This document shows positions 23,425-31,741 of a DNA stretch of 32,000 nt, piece by piece. Position 1 is the first letter of the stretch. Every line of letters starts with the position of its first letter. The translations under genes were made by a program, and so were the position numbers. The DNA comes from Nostoc punctiforme PCC 73102 (GTDB lineage Bacteria > Cyanobacteriota > Cyanobacteriia > Cyanobacteriales > Nostocaceae): contig NC_010628.1 of the NCBI RefSeq assembly GCF_000020025.1, positions 7,710,001 through 7,742,000 of the forward strand, in the 5' to 3' direction. The notes beneath the pieces are model-generated. The model was not told the DNA's origin and did not search any database. It was given only the letters and a program-made list of their open reading frames with translations.

Positions 23425-24723
23425 ATGTCCCTAGCCTCCTTCCTAGCGCGTCGTTCGTTCCACTATGGTTGGCTCGTTGCAGGTTTAACATTCCTCGCCT
23501 TACTCGTTGCAGCCGGAATTCGCTCTGCTCCCGGAGTTTTTATAGTGCCTCTCGAACAGGAGTTTGGCTGGAGTAGAGCAACTATATCTTTAGCAATCTC
23601 TATTAACTTAGTACTTTATGGACTGATTGGCCCTTTTGCCGCCACAGTTATGGAGCGAATCGGCATTCGCCAAATGATGGTGTTTTCACTTGCTGTCATT
23701 GCTCTCGGTGTCGGTTTAACTACTTTGATGTCAGCATCTTGGCAGCTAGTTTTGCTGTGGGGTGTAGTTGTCGGTTCTGGTAGCGGAGTTATCGCCCTGG
23801 TTTTGGGCGCTATTGTTGTCAATCGCTGGTTTTTTGAGAAGCGGGGTTTAGTTCTCGGCATCCTAACCGCCAGTACAGCCACGGGGCAACTGGTATTTTT
23901 GCCTATGCTGGCCTCAGTAGCCGATCGCTTTGGGTGGCGAACTGCGGCTTTGGCTCTGACTGGTGCAGCACTTTTAATTATTCCAGCGATCGCAGCCTTT
24001 ATGCGCGATCGTCCGGCAGATGTTGGTTTGCGACCCTTTGGCGACAACAGCGAGACTGTAGAAATATCACAGCCTAGAGCAAATTCCATCAGCTCTACCC
24101 TCAACGCCCTCTGGCTGGGAATGCGTAAGCGCGATTTTTGGCTGTTATTTGGTAGCTTTTTTATCTGTGGCGCCAGCACAAATGGGTTAATTGGAACTCA
24201 TCTGATTCCCGCTTGTATTGATCACGGTATTCCTGAAGTCAAAGCTGCGGGTCTTTTGGCAATCATGGGGCTATTCGATTTTTTTGGAACTACTATGTCT
24301 GGTTGGCTCTCTGACAGATGGAATAATCGCTACTTATTGTGCTGGTACTACGGGCTGCGGGGTTTGTCTTTGATTTTCTTGCCCTTCAGTTTCAACTTTT
24401 CTTTCTATGGACTTTCTATTTTCGCCGTCTTCTATGGACTTGATTGGATTGCTACCGTACCACCGACAGTCCGTCTTGTTGCCAATGCCTTTGGTAAAGA
24501 AAATGTCGGCGTGATGTTCGGTTGGATTGTCGCAGGACACCAGCTTGGTGCAGCCACAGCAGCTTTCGGAGCCGGAGTGTTAAGAACTTGGACGGGTAGC
24601 TATTTACAAGCGTTTATTTTATCAGGTATTCTCTGTCTGATTGCCGCAGTTGGTGTATTGCAAATTGGTCAAACTCCCACTAAAGGCGATTCACAACTAT
24701 CTTCAGTCACGCTCAATTCTTAA
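23425..24723 (+). CDS. MFS transporter
   Basis: 432 aa, about 12 predicted hydrophobic helices in two halves with a central loop (MRDRPADVGLRPFG). The overall appearance is that of an oxalate/formate-antiporter-like MFS. Confidence 0.85.
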   Translation: MSLASFLARRSFHYGWLVAGLTFLALLVAAGIRSAPGVFIVPLEQEFGWSRATISLAISINLVLYGLIGPFAATVMERIGIRQMMVFSLAVIALGVGLTTLMSASWQLVLLWGVVVGSGSGVIALVLGAIVVNRWFFEKRGLVLGILTASTATGQLVFLPMLASVADRFGWRTAALALTGAALLIIPAIAAFMRDRPADVGLRPFGDNSETVEISQPRANSISSTLNALWLGMRKRDFWLLFGSFFICGASTNGLIGTHLIPACIDHGIPEVKAAGLLAIMGLFDFFGTTMSGWLSDRWNNRYLLCWYYGLRGLSLIFLPFSFNFSFYGLSIFAVFYGLDWIATVPPTVRLVANAFGKENVGVMFGWIVAGHQLGAATAAFGAGVLRTWTGSYLQAFILSGILCLIAAVGVLQIGQTPTKGDSQLSSVTLNS

Positions 24724-24797
24724 TCTATGAATTTTTTAATCGAATGGCATTAAGAAAAGCTCTAAGCTAGGCAGAATAAGCACTACAGGTTTAAAAT

Positions 24798-25487
24798 ATG
24801 GCAACAACAGCTTTAATTGTCGGCGCAGGTAGTGGACTGAGTGCATCTTTAGCCCGCCTATTTGCCAAAGAAGGATTCACCGTAGCTTTAGCGGCTCGTC
24901 AAATTGAAAAACTTACTCAATTGACTAGAGAAATTGACGCAGTTAGTTTCGCTGCTGATGTCTCAAAGCCAAATGAAGTAGAACAATTATTTATTGATAT
25001 TGATCGTAAAATTGGTTCCCCCAATGTTGTTATTTACAATCCCAGTTTTCGGGTGCGGGGGCCTCTTATTGATTTAGACCCTGGTGAGGTGGCAAAAACC
25101 TTAGATGTAACTGCTTATGGTGGCTTTCTCGTGGCCCAAGCTGCTACCAAAAGGTTTTTGCAACTTGGCGGTGGTGCTATATTTTTTACGGGAGCCTCAG
25201 CGAGTGTTAAAGGTTATCCTCTGTCTGCTCCCTTTGCAATGGGTAAATTTGCACTGCGCGGTTTGGCTCAGAGTATTGCTAGAGAATTAGCACCAAAGAA
25301 TATTCATGTGGCGCATTTCGTGATTGATGGGGCAATCCGTTCAGCAGTTCGCCAAGATCCAGTAGATAATCCTGATAGTACTCTTGACCCAGATGCGATC
25401 GCTCAAACTTATCTCAGTATTCTCCGCCAGCCCCGCAGTGCTTGGACTTATGAAGTAGAACTACGTCCTTGGGTAGAGAACTTCTAG
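24798..25487 (+). CDS. SDR family oxidoreductase (short, 229 aa)
   Basis: It has the GAGSGLS cofactor motif and a Rossmann layout with FAMGKFALRGL in the Y/K region. Confidence 0.75.
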   Translation: MATTALIVGAGSGLSASLARLFAKEGFTVALAARQIEKLTQLTREIDAVSFAADVSKPNEVEQLFIDIDRKIGSPNVVIYNPSFRVRGPLIDLDPGEVAKTLDVTAYGGFLVAQAATKRFLQLGGGAIFFTGASASVKGYPLSAPFAMGKFALRGLAQSIARELAPKNIHVAHFVIDGAIRSAVRQDPVDNPDSTLDPDAIAQTYLSILRQPRSAWTYEVELRPWVENF

Positions 25488-25521
25488 CCTAGACAATTGT
25501 TACAAAAATGGTTTTGCAGGT

Positions 25522-26289
25522 ATGAAAATTGATTTTGGTGCAACTGCTGTTGATTACGCAAAACACCGCGCTGGCTTTCCCAGTTCATTATTTAATAAAC
25601 TGTCTGAATATGGTATAGGTTTACCAGGACAGAATATTGTTGACCTTGGTACAGGGACAGGAACACTAGCGCGGGGCTTTGCTGATAGAGGTGCTTATGT
25701 AATTGGCATAGATCCATCAGCATCACTTTTAGAACAAGCGAGACAGTTAAGCGAATCAACCCAAATCAAAGTAGATTATCGAGTCGCAACTGCAGAAAAT
25801 ACCGAGTTACCAGATGCAAGTGCTGATGTAATCACTGCTGGACAATGTTGGCATTGGTTTGATCGTCCCCGTGCTGTCCAGGAAGTTACTCGGATATTGA
25901 GAAAAAATGGCTCAATTGCGATCGCTCATTTTGATTGGATACCCTTAAAAGGTAATGTAGTTGAAGCAACAGAACAACTGATCAAGGCTCATAATCCCGC
26001 GTGGAATTTGGACGGTGGGAATGGAATGTATCCCTTGTGGTTACAAGACATTGGCGAAGGAGGATTCCGAGAAATTCGCACATTTTCTTACGATGTATTT
26101 GTGTCTTATACACACGAAGCTTGGCGGGGGCGAATTCGGGCAAGTGCTGGTGTGGGAGCCAGCTTGACACCAGAAAAGGTAGAAGTATTTGACCAAGAGT
26201 TGGCGACATTACTCGAAGCAAAATATCCCACGCCAATCCTTCAGGTTCACCACAGAGTTTGGGCTGCGATCGCCAAATCACCGCTATGA
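25522..26289 (+). CDS. Class I SAM-dependent methyltransferase
   Basis: 255 aa with motif I VDLGTGTGTLARGFA, then an acidic residue after beta-2 (IGIDPS) and DVITAGQCWHWF. Confidence 0.85.
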   Translation: MKIDFGATAVDYAKHRAGFPSSLFNKLSEYGIGLPGQNIVDLGTGTGTLARGFADRGAYVIGIDPSASLLEQARQLSESTQIKVDYRVATAENTELPDASADVITAGQCWHWFDRPRAVQEVTRILRKNGSIAIAHFDWIPLKGNVVEATEQLIKAHNPAWNLDGGNGMYPLWLQDIGEGGFREIRTFSYDVFVSYTHEAWRGRIRASAGVGASLTPEKVEVFDQELATLLEAKYPTPILQVHHRVWAAIAKSPL

Positions 26290-26329
26290 AAAAATATAAT
26301 TGAAGCTCTATGTTCCATCCAGAGAAAGC

Positions 26330-26364
26330 CATGACCAGCGACAGATAGCCAGTCGCCAGTCATG
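26330..26364. terminator. Imperfect hairpin between convergent methyltransferase genes
   Basis: CATGACCAGCGAC (26330-26342) pairs with GTCGCCAGTCATG (26352-26364), 13-nt arms with 2 central mismatches. Confidence 0.4.
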
Positions 26365-26379
26365 ACTTATAATACAAAA

Positions 26380-27345
26380 CTAGTTGCCCTTGATAGGTTT
26401 GATTCTAGCGATCGCTTGTAGTAACATTTTTGGCAGCCAAAAAAGATAACAATATAGTTGTTTTGCCTGACTATAAAGCGAAAATAACTTTGCTTCACTT
26501 AGTAAAGTATATGGTCGTACTGCTCTGAGAAGTTCTGCAAATTTATCTTCAGTCGCAGTTTCAACTGAACCACTGACAAAATAACCTTGTAAATGTGGAG
26601 GTAATGCCCAGTTAATATTAGGATCTGGCTGATGTATTACAGGCTCAACATTTCCCCGCCATGCAACTCCCATAATTTGCATAGTTTGATACACCATTGT
26701 GTTCCATCCTTTGTCTCTGAAGTAATCCAAGCCTTGTCCTACATCAGGAGAAGCCAAATCATGAAATAAAATTAAAGCATCTGCTTCTGCAAATTGTTCG
26801 CAAATAATTGCATCATTGAGCGGAGCTGGTGCTTCGTGATTACCATCTATAAATATCAATGACCATTTACGTTGAAATTTATTTGCTATCTCTTCTACTT
26901 TTTGAGGGCTGCATCCTGGTATTAGATTCACAGATTCCTTAACGCCTGCCAACTTTAGTGATTCTGTAACGCTTTCATTAAATAATTGTTCGGATAGCAT
27001 CGGATCAATTACATCTAACTCCACCCCTCCTAGAGCCAAGTGACAAGCTGACCACCCCATCCAGCAACCTATTTCTAAAGCTTTTTTCCCTCGAAATTTC
27101 AAAGCTGTATTGTATAGAATATGAGCTTCATCTCTGCTCACAAATCCTACCTTTTGCCGTCGTTTATCCACATACCAGTTATGAGTGATATCCCGCCGTA
27201 AATAAAGCCAAAAAGAATCATATTTATTTCCTAAAATTATATTGGGAAAATATAAATCTGGCTGGATAGTGGAAAATCCTGACGATACATAATCTCCTTT
27301 TGGCAATAAGTTTCCTTCAATCACTTTGACTGTCTTTTCACTCAT
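26380..27345 (-). CDS. Class I SAM-dependent methyltransferase (O-methyltransferase family 3 / Methyltransf_24-like) with N- and C-terminal extensions
   Basis: 321 aa with motif I ALEIGCWMGWSACHLALGG and then LIFIDGNHE. It is lower in GC than its neighbours by eye. Confidence 0.65.
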   Translation of the reverse strand: MSEKTVKVIEGNLLPKGDYVSSGFSTIQPDLYFPNIILGNKYDSFWLYLRRDITHNWYVDKRRQKVGFVSRDEAHILYNTALKFRGKKALEIGCWMGWSACHLALGGVELDVIDPMLSEQLFNESVTESLKLAGVKESVNLIPGCSPQKVEEIANKFQRKWSLIFIDGNHEAPAPLNDAIICEQFAEADALILFHDLASPDVGQGLDYFRDKGWNTMVYQTMQIMGVAWRGNVEPVIHQPDPNINWALPPHLQGYFVSGSVETATEDKFAELLRAVRPYTLLSEAKLFSLYSQAKQLYCYLFWLPKMLLQAIARIKPIKGN

Positions 27346-27679
27346 AAGTTACTCTCTAAGTATTTGAAATTCTAGGTTGTGGGGTTACAATTCAACTGGT
27401 CGCCGCGATAGCGTACCCCTGCGGGGCATCTTGCTACGCACAGCGTCTCATAGAGAGGAACACCGCTCTGATAATCGGTACTCGGACTGTGAATACATTC
27501 CAAAATTTGGGAAGGGTTAAAGCCCCGAACATAATTTTTCACTTCTTACTCAATTCCCAATCCCTTTTACTTTTCACCGTTTTTGTCCTCTTTTTTTCAG
27601 ATTTTGTGATAAATCAGAAAAAAAGAGATGTCTGCACCATTCACTTAAAAAGAATCGCACAATTTTAGGACAAATAACC

Positions 27680-28378
27680 ATGATCGATCTTTATTATTGG
27701 ACAACCCCAAACGGTCATAAAATTACGATTTTCCTGGAAGAAGTCGGCTTGCAATATACCATAAATCCTGTGAATATTGGAGCTGGAGATCAATTTAAGC
27801 CCGAATTTTTGAAGATTTCTCCTAACAATCGTATCCCCGCGATCGTTGACCACGAACCAGTAGATGGAGGTGCGCCGATTTCGGTATTTGAGTCTGGGGC
27901 AATCTTGCTATATTTGGCAGAAAAAACCGGGAAATTAATCCCGCAAGATTTACGCCAACGCACTCAAGTTTTAGAATGGTTGTTCTGGCAAATGGGCGGT
28001 CTGGGGCCAATGGCAGGACAAAATCATCACTTTAGCGCCTATGCTCCCGAAAAGATTGAATATGCCATTAACCGCTACGTGAATGAGACAGGACGCTTAT
28101 ATGGAGTGCTAAATAAGCAACTAGCAGATAGAGAATTTGTGGCTGGGGATTATTCCATCGCCGATATTGCTGCTTATCCCTGGATTGTGCCCTATGAACG
28201 CCAAAGTCAGAATCTAGAGGATTTTCCTCACCTCAAGCGCTGGTTTGAGACAATAAAAGCTCGTCCGGCAACAATTCGCGCCTACGAGAAAGCAGAAGCA
28301 TTGAAAGCTCAACCACTTGACCCAGATAAGTCACGAGATTTGTTATTTAACCAGTCGGCGAAGACTATTCAACCTTGA
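27680..28378 (+). CDS. yfcG: Nu-class glutathione S-transferase (YfcG/YghU-like disulfide-bond reductase type)
   Basis: 232 aa. The N-terminal half is nearly co-linear with E. coli YfcG as I recall it (MIDLY..TPNGHKIT.FLEE...QF.PEFL.ISPNN.IPAIVDH.P.DGG.P.S.FESGAILLYLAEKTG...WLFWQ.GGLGPM.GQNHHF). Confidence 0.8.
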   Translation: MIDLYYWTTPNGHKITIFLEEVGLQYTINPVNIGAGDQFKPEFLKISPNNRIPAIVDHEPVDGGAPISVFESGAILLYLAEKTGKLIPQDLRQRTQVLEWLFWQMGGLGPMAGQNHHFSAYAPEKIEYAINRYVNETGRLYGVLNKQLADREFVAGDYSIADIAAYPWIVPYERQSQNLEDFPHLKRWFETIKARPATIRAYEKAEALKAQPLDPDKSRDLLFNQSAKTIQP

Positions 28379-28403
28379 GCGTTCTGGGCGTTGAAGAAGA
28401 ATC

Positions 28404-28440
28404 CAGAATTTAGAATGGGTGTAGCCCATTCTAAATTCTG
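28404..28440 (+). terminator. Strong hairpin terminator after the GST gene
   Basis: CAGAATTTAGAATGGG-TGTAG-CCCATTCTAAATTCTG gives a 16-bp perfect stem followed by TTTG. Confidence 0.75.
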
Positions 28441-28735
28441 TTTGATAAAACAATTAGGAAGATTGCGTGGGCTGATTAGCACCGGAAGCACAAGGTACAG
28501 CCGTTTCGCTGTTTATAGCTTTTTGGTTAGACAGGGAATCGCGCAGCAGTATTTGGTAGGATTGTGGATAACTTCGGCTACATCTATTGTTTTATTCTGG
28601 TTGGTATAGCGATCGCTCTGTTCTGTGTTTGGCTATTCAAGCAAAAGCAATACGGCACTTGAAAGTCAGATTAATTTAGTTTTAATTCAAGACTTGCCGC
28701 GTCTCCCGAAGTTCCGATCTTGTTAAAATGTATCG

Positions 28736-29593
28736 ATGTCAAAAAAGCAACATCTCTTAAAGAAAAAACCCGGTTGGTCTTTGGATGAGCGAGATCCAAA
28801 GTTCATAGAATCTCTGATGCCTTTATTAGGCTTTTTCTATAAGTACTATTTTCAAGTGCAAACTAGTGGCTGGGAAAATATTCCATCCCAAGAAAAAGTC
28901 TTATTTGTCGGTTCGCATAATGGGGGACTCGCGGCTCCCGATATGGGAATGGTGATGTACGACTGGTTCAAACGATTTGGTACGGAGAAACCCGTTTATG
29001 GTTTAATGCATCCCAAAGCTTGGCAGGTTAGCCAACCACTAGCGCAAATAGCTGCCAAGGCTGGAGCAATCATAGCTCATCCAAAAATGGCTTACACTGC
29101 GTTGCGCTCTGGCGCTAGTGTGCTAGTTTATCCAGGTGGAGCCGAAGATGTGTTTCGACCGCATTATTTACGTAACAAAATCTACTTTGCAGGGCGACAA
29201 GGATTTATCAAGTTAGCATTGCGAGAAAATGTGCCGATTGTACCTGTGATTTCCTGGGGCGCTCACGATACGCTGATTGTACTGACTGACTTGTACAAAG
29301 TTGTGCAGCAACTCCACGAATGGGGAATGCCTTGGCTGCTGGGAATTGATCCAGAAGTTTTTCCAATCTATCTCGGATTGCCTTGGGGATTAGCAATTGG
29401 CCCGTTGCCCAACATTCCATTACCTGTGCCCATCTACACGCGGGTTTGTCCGCCGATTGTATTTGAACGCTACGGTAGAGAAGCAGCTAGCGATCGCCAC
29501 TATGTCAATGAATGTTATGAATTAGTTGTTAGTCAGATGCAAGAAGAGTTAGATACTTTAGTCAAGGTAACTGCTGAGTCGAATAGTAGGTGA
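28736..29593 (+). CDS. Acyltransferase of the lysophospholipid/diacylglycerol acyltransferase (PlsC/DAGAT-like) superfamily
   Basis: 285 aa with the GSHNGG...D region, PGGAEDVFR and FIKLALRENVPIVPV, typical of glycerolipid acyltransferases. It may be related to the cyanobacterial slr2103-type enzymes (inference). Confidence 0.6.
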   Translation: MSKKQHLLKKKPGWSLDERDPKFIESLMPLLGFFYKYYFQVQTSGWENIPSQEKVLFVGSHNGGLAAPDMGMVMYDWFKRFGTEKPVYGLMHPKAWQVSQPLAQIAAKAGAIIAHPKMAYTALRSGASVLVYPGGAEDVFRPHYLRNKIYFAGRQGFIKLALRENVPIVPVISWGAHDTLIVLTDLYKVVQQLHEWGMPWLLGIDPEVFPIYLGLPWGLAIGPLPNIPLPVPIYTRVCPPIVFERYGREAASDRHYVNECYELVVSQMQEELDTLVKVTAESNSR

Positions 29594-29730
29594 GGGGGCA
29601 GGCTTGCCGTGAGCGTAGCCGAACGGGGGCAGGAGATAAAAACTTACTTTATATATGTGATTTTGAGTCCTGCATTTTGCACCTCACTTACTTTCAATCT
29701 GCTGTAATACCTAACTCCTAACTATTATTT

Positions 29731-29991
29731 CTAGCCACCGCTAACTGGTGGAATCAATACGACTTCATCCCCATCTTGTAATAGGGTATCTGGTTCAACA
29801 AATATTAAATTAATCCCGAAGCGGGTGATGTCTCGCCATTGGGAAAGTTCAGGGTGTTCGGCTATGAGGCGATCGCATACTGCTTTAACTGGCATACTAT
29901 TGGGAAATTCCAGTACCAGTTCCGAAACCTTAAAGGCTTCTTGATAAGCAGCGAACAATTTGACGGTAACGGTGATTGCAGATTTAGACAT
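29731..29991 (-). CDS. moaD: MoaD/ThiS-family ubiquitin-like sulfur carrier (molybdopterin synthase small subunit)
   Basis: 86 aa from the internal ATG (MSKSAITVTVKLFAAY...). The C-terminus DGDEVVLIPPVSGG carries the diagnostic Gly-Gly. Confidence 0.8.
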   Translation of the reverse strand: MSKSAITVTVKLFAAYQEAFKVSELVLEFPNSMPVKAVCDRLIAEHPELSQWRDITRFGINLIFVEPDTLLQDGDEVVLIPPVSGG

Positions 29992-30110
29992 ACAATATGC
30001 TTTGGCAGTACCAGCAAGTAATTTAATGCTTGACAAGCACCCTGAACTCTTGGGCTTAATTATACATTACTAACTAGCAAAGTTGTATTATTGGTAGATA
30101 ATTATGTTTC

Positions 30111-30869
30111 CTAATCCAACATTTCTAGGTCAATTCCTAAAGCATTGAGTTGTTCAGCAGAGAGAGTACGCAATTTCTCTACAATTCTCTCCCGCTTTTG
30201 TCGCTCAACTTCAGCCCGTTCCTCACCCGTTAGCAGTAAATTTCCTTGTGCATCCCACCAGCGCAACCAAGGTAATTCTGCATTCTGATAAAATCCTTGC
30301 CAGATTCCTAACTCTACACCCATAGGAGCAATTGGGTAGTGTCCCCGTTCATTGGGTTGCATTAGTTCATAAGTATTATCGATTAGGTGGTAAACTTCCA
30401 CTTGAGCTTTTGCTACTTCATAAATTCCATAATAAGGCACTCGAATTGCCTGCTCATAAACCCAAAACTTACCAACATTTCCACCTTCACCTTGAGATGG
30501 CGGTGTGTTATTTCGTTCTTCTGAACCATCTCCAGAGACAAATTCAATCACAATTAGGGGTGCAACATACTCCTTCCACAGCACATAAGAACGGCGCATT
30601 TTACCGTTAAGTGTCGGTGGTACATTGGGTACATAAAACCAGTCTGGTGCTTCAGCCCCTTTTTCAGGAGGATCTGTCAATCGCCAGTAGATACCAGAAT
30701 CTTGTCCGATACAATATTGACCGTCAGGATGAAGTTGCTCTAGAACAGGTCTAATTGAATCTGTAATTAAAATGCTTTGCGGATGCTCCTGAAGATTTTC
30801 CACAAATGTACCATCTGAGTCTGGTAACTGTGTGTGGTCAGGTAAAGTTAATGCCGATAGGGAAGTCAT
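30111..30869 (-). CDS. Uma2 (DUF820) family putative endonuclease
   Basis: 252 aa from the ATG at 30869 (the track starts at a TTG at 30881). It has the N-terminal LPDSDGTFVEN motif, a PD-(D/E)xK-like core (IVIEFVS) and the charged C-terminal tail ending LNALGIDLEML that is common in cyanobacterial Uma2 proteins. Confidence 0.75.
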   Translation of the reverse strand: MTSLSALTLPDHTQLPDSDGTFVENLQEHPQSILITDSIRPVLEQLHPDGQYCIGQDSGIYWRLTDPPEKGAEAPDWFYVPNVPPTLNGKMRRSYVLWKEYVAPLIVIEFVSGDGSEERNNTPPSQGEGGNVGKFWVYEQAIRVPYYGIYEVAKAQVEVYHLIDNTYELMQPNERGHYPIAPMGVELGIWQGFYQNAELPWLRWWDAQGNLLLTGEERAEVERQKRERIVEKLRTLSAEQLNALGIDLEMLD

Positions 30870-31019
30870 GGGCACAACCAAGATTATATTTGTATTTTAT
30901 TTATTATCCTAATAAATCTAACAAACTCTGTTGTGGTAGACGACTTTATGCTTGTAAATTTTGCACTTATTCGGTGTAAGTATATAGCGACAGTTTGGAT
31001 TTATTGCACCAATTTAAAA

Positions 31020-31715
31020 TTAATAGATGACAAGAGAAGATTTAATCATATTGAGTAATGGCTGTATAAATATATCCACTATTGGCTTTGCGAAAGCAAG
31101 TAAAACTCCAATAGTAATCGTCAATACTAAAGTCTGTTTAATAGAATAATTCTCTACTTTTTTCTCCAGATCATCCAAACGTTTTACCAAAGAAGGAAGA
31201 GAAGCAACTGAATCAGGACTATTCATTAAATCAGTGGGAATTAAATCATAACCTAGCTTCTTTCGTGGCTTATCATCATCTTTATCTAAATCTGCATACC
31301 ATATAGAAAAAACTTTCTCACCTCTTCCTATATGAAGGTGAAGAGGCCCAGCATTATAAACAGCAAAAATTAGTTTACCGTTATAGCCTGGATCGACATG
31401 AAGACCTGAAACATTAATTAGCCCCTTTGACTTAAATTTAAATTTAATCGAAATGAATGCAAGTGCATTATCAGGAACTTTGACTGTTTCAGAAGTTATC
31501 AAAAATGCAAACTGTCCTGGAGGGATAGGAACAGTTTCTTTATCACTAAGAATAATTTTTTTCCGTTCTTTGAGAGGTGTATCAGGAAGGGCTGAAATAT
31601 AAACTTCTTCTCCTAAGCACAATTCGTATGATGCAGACTGAATTTGATCCTCATTAAATGGTTCAATTAAACTGGGAAGACGAGAACTTAAAGTTTGTGA
31701 TGACCAAAAACTCAT
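31020..31715 (-). CDS. dCTP deaminase/dUTPase-fold protein with a C-terminal coiled coil and a single transmembrane anchor; catalytic residues apparently not conserved
   Basis: 231 aa. Residues ~20-145 align by eye with E. coli Dcd (PPGQFAFLITSETVKVPDNALAFI...GLHVDPGYNGKLIFAVYNAGPLHLHIGRG vs [24 protein letters not shown]...[29 protein letters not shown]). The C-terminus carries LVKRLDDLEKKVENY followed by the hydrophobic helix TLVLTITIGVLLAFA. The gene is AT-rich. Confidence 0.6.
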   Translation of the reverse strand: MSFWSSQTLSSRLPSLIEPFNEDQIQSASYELCLGEEVYISALPDTPLKERKKIILSDKETVPIPPGQFAFLITSETVKVPDNALAFISIKFKFKSKGLINVSGLHVDPGYNGKLIFAVYNAGPLHLHIGRGEKVFSIWYADLDKDDDKPRKKLGYDLIPTDLMNSPDSVASLPSLVKRLDDLEKKVENYSIKQTLVLTITIGVLLAFAKPIVDIFIQPLLNMIKSSLVIY

Positions 31716-31741
31716 TTGTTTTCCTGCAAGATATCGTTAAG

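Noticed and set aside
28391-28609. 72-aa ORF starting right after the GST gene
   Set aside because: It starts at a TTG and reads straight through the 16-bp-stem terminator hairpin (28404-28440). I recognise no family. The ~300 nt after the terminator remain unexplained and could hold an sRNA or promoter, but I see no evidence either way.
19721-30610. ORFs 19721-19918, 22214-22396, 23244-23426, 23379-23576, 23616-24179, 24334-24540, 25982-26332, 26001-26192, 27665-27853, 27822-28010, 29208-29420, 29839-30021 and 30332-30610
   Set aside because: They are antisense or out of frame within supported genes, or lie inside the MITE-like element or repeat spacers. The 187-aa ORF at 23616-24179 is the Arg/Pro/Ala-rich antisense shadow of the MFS gene.
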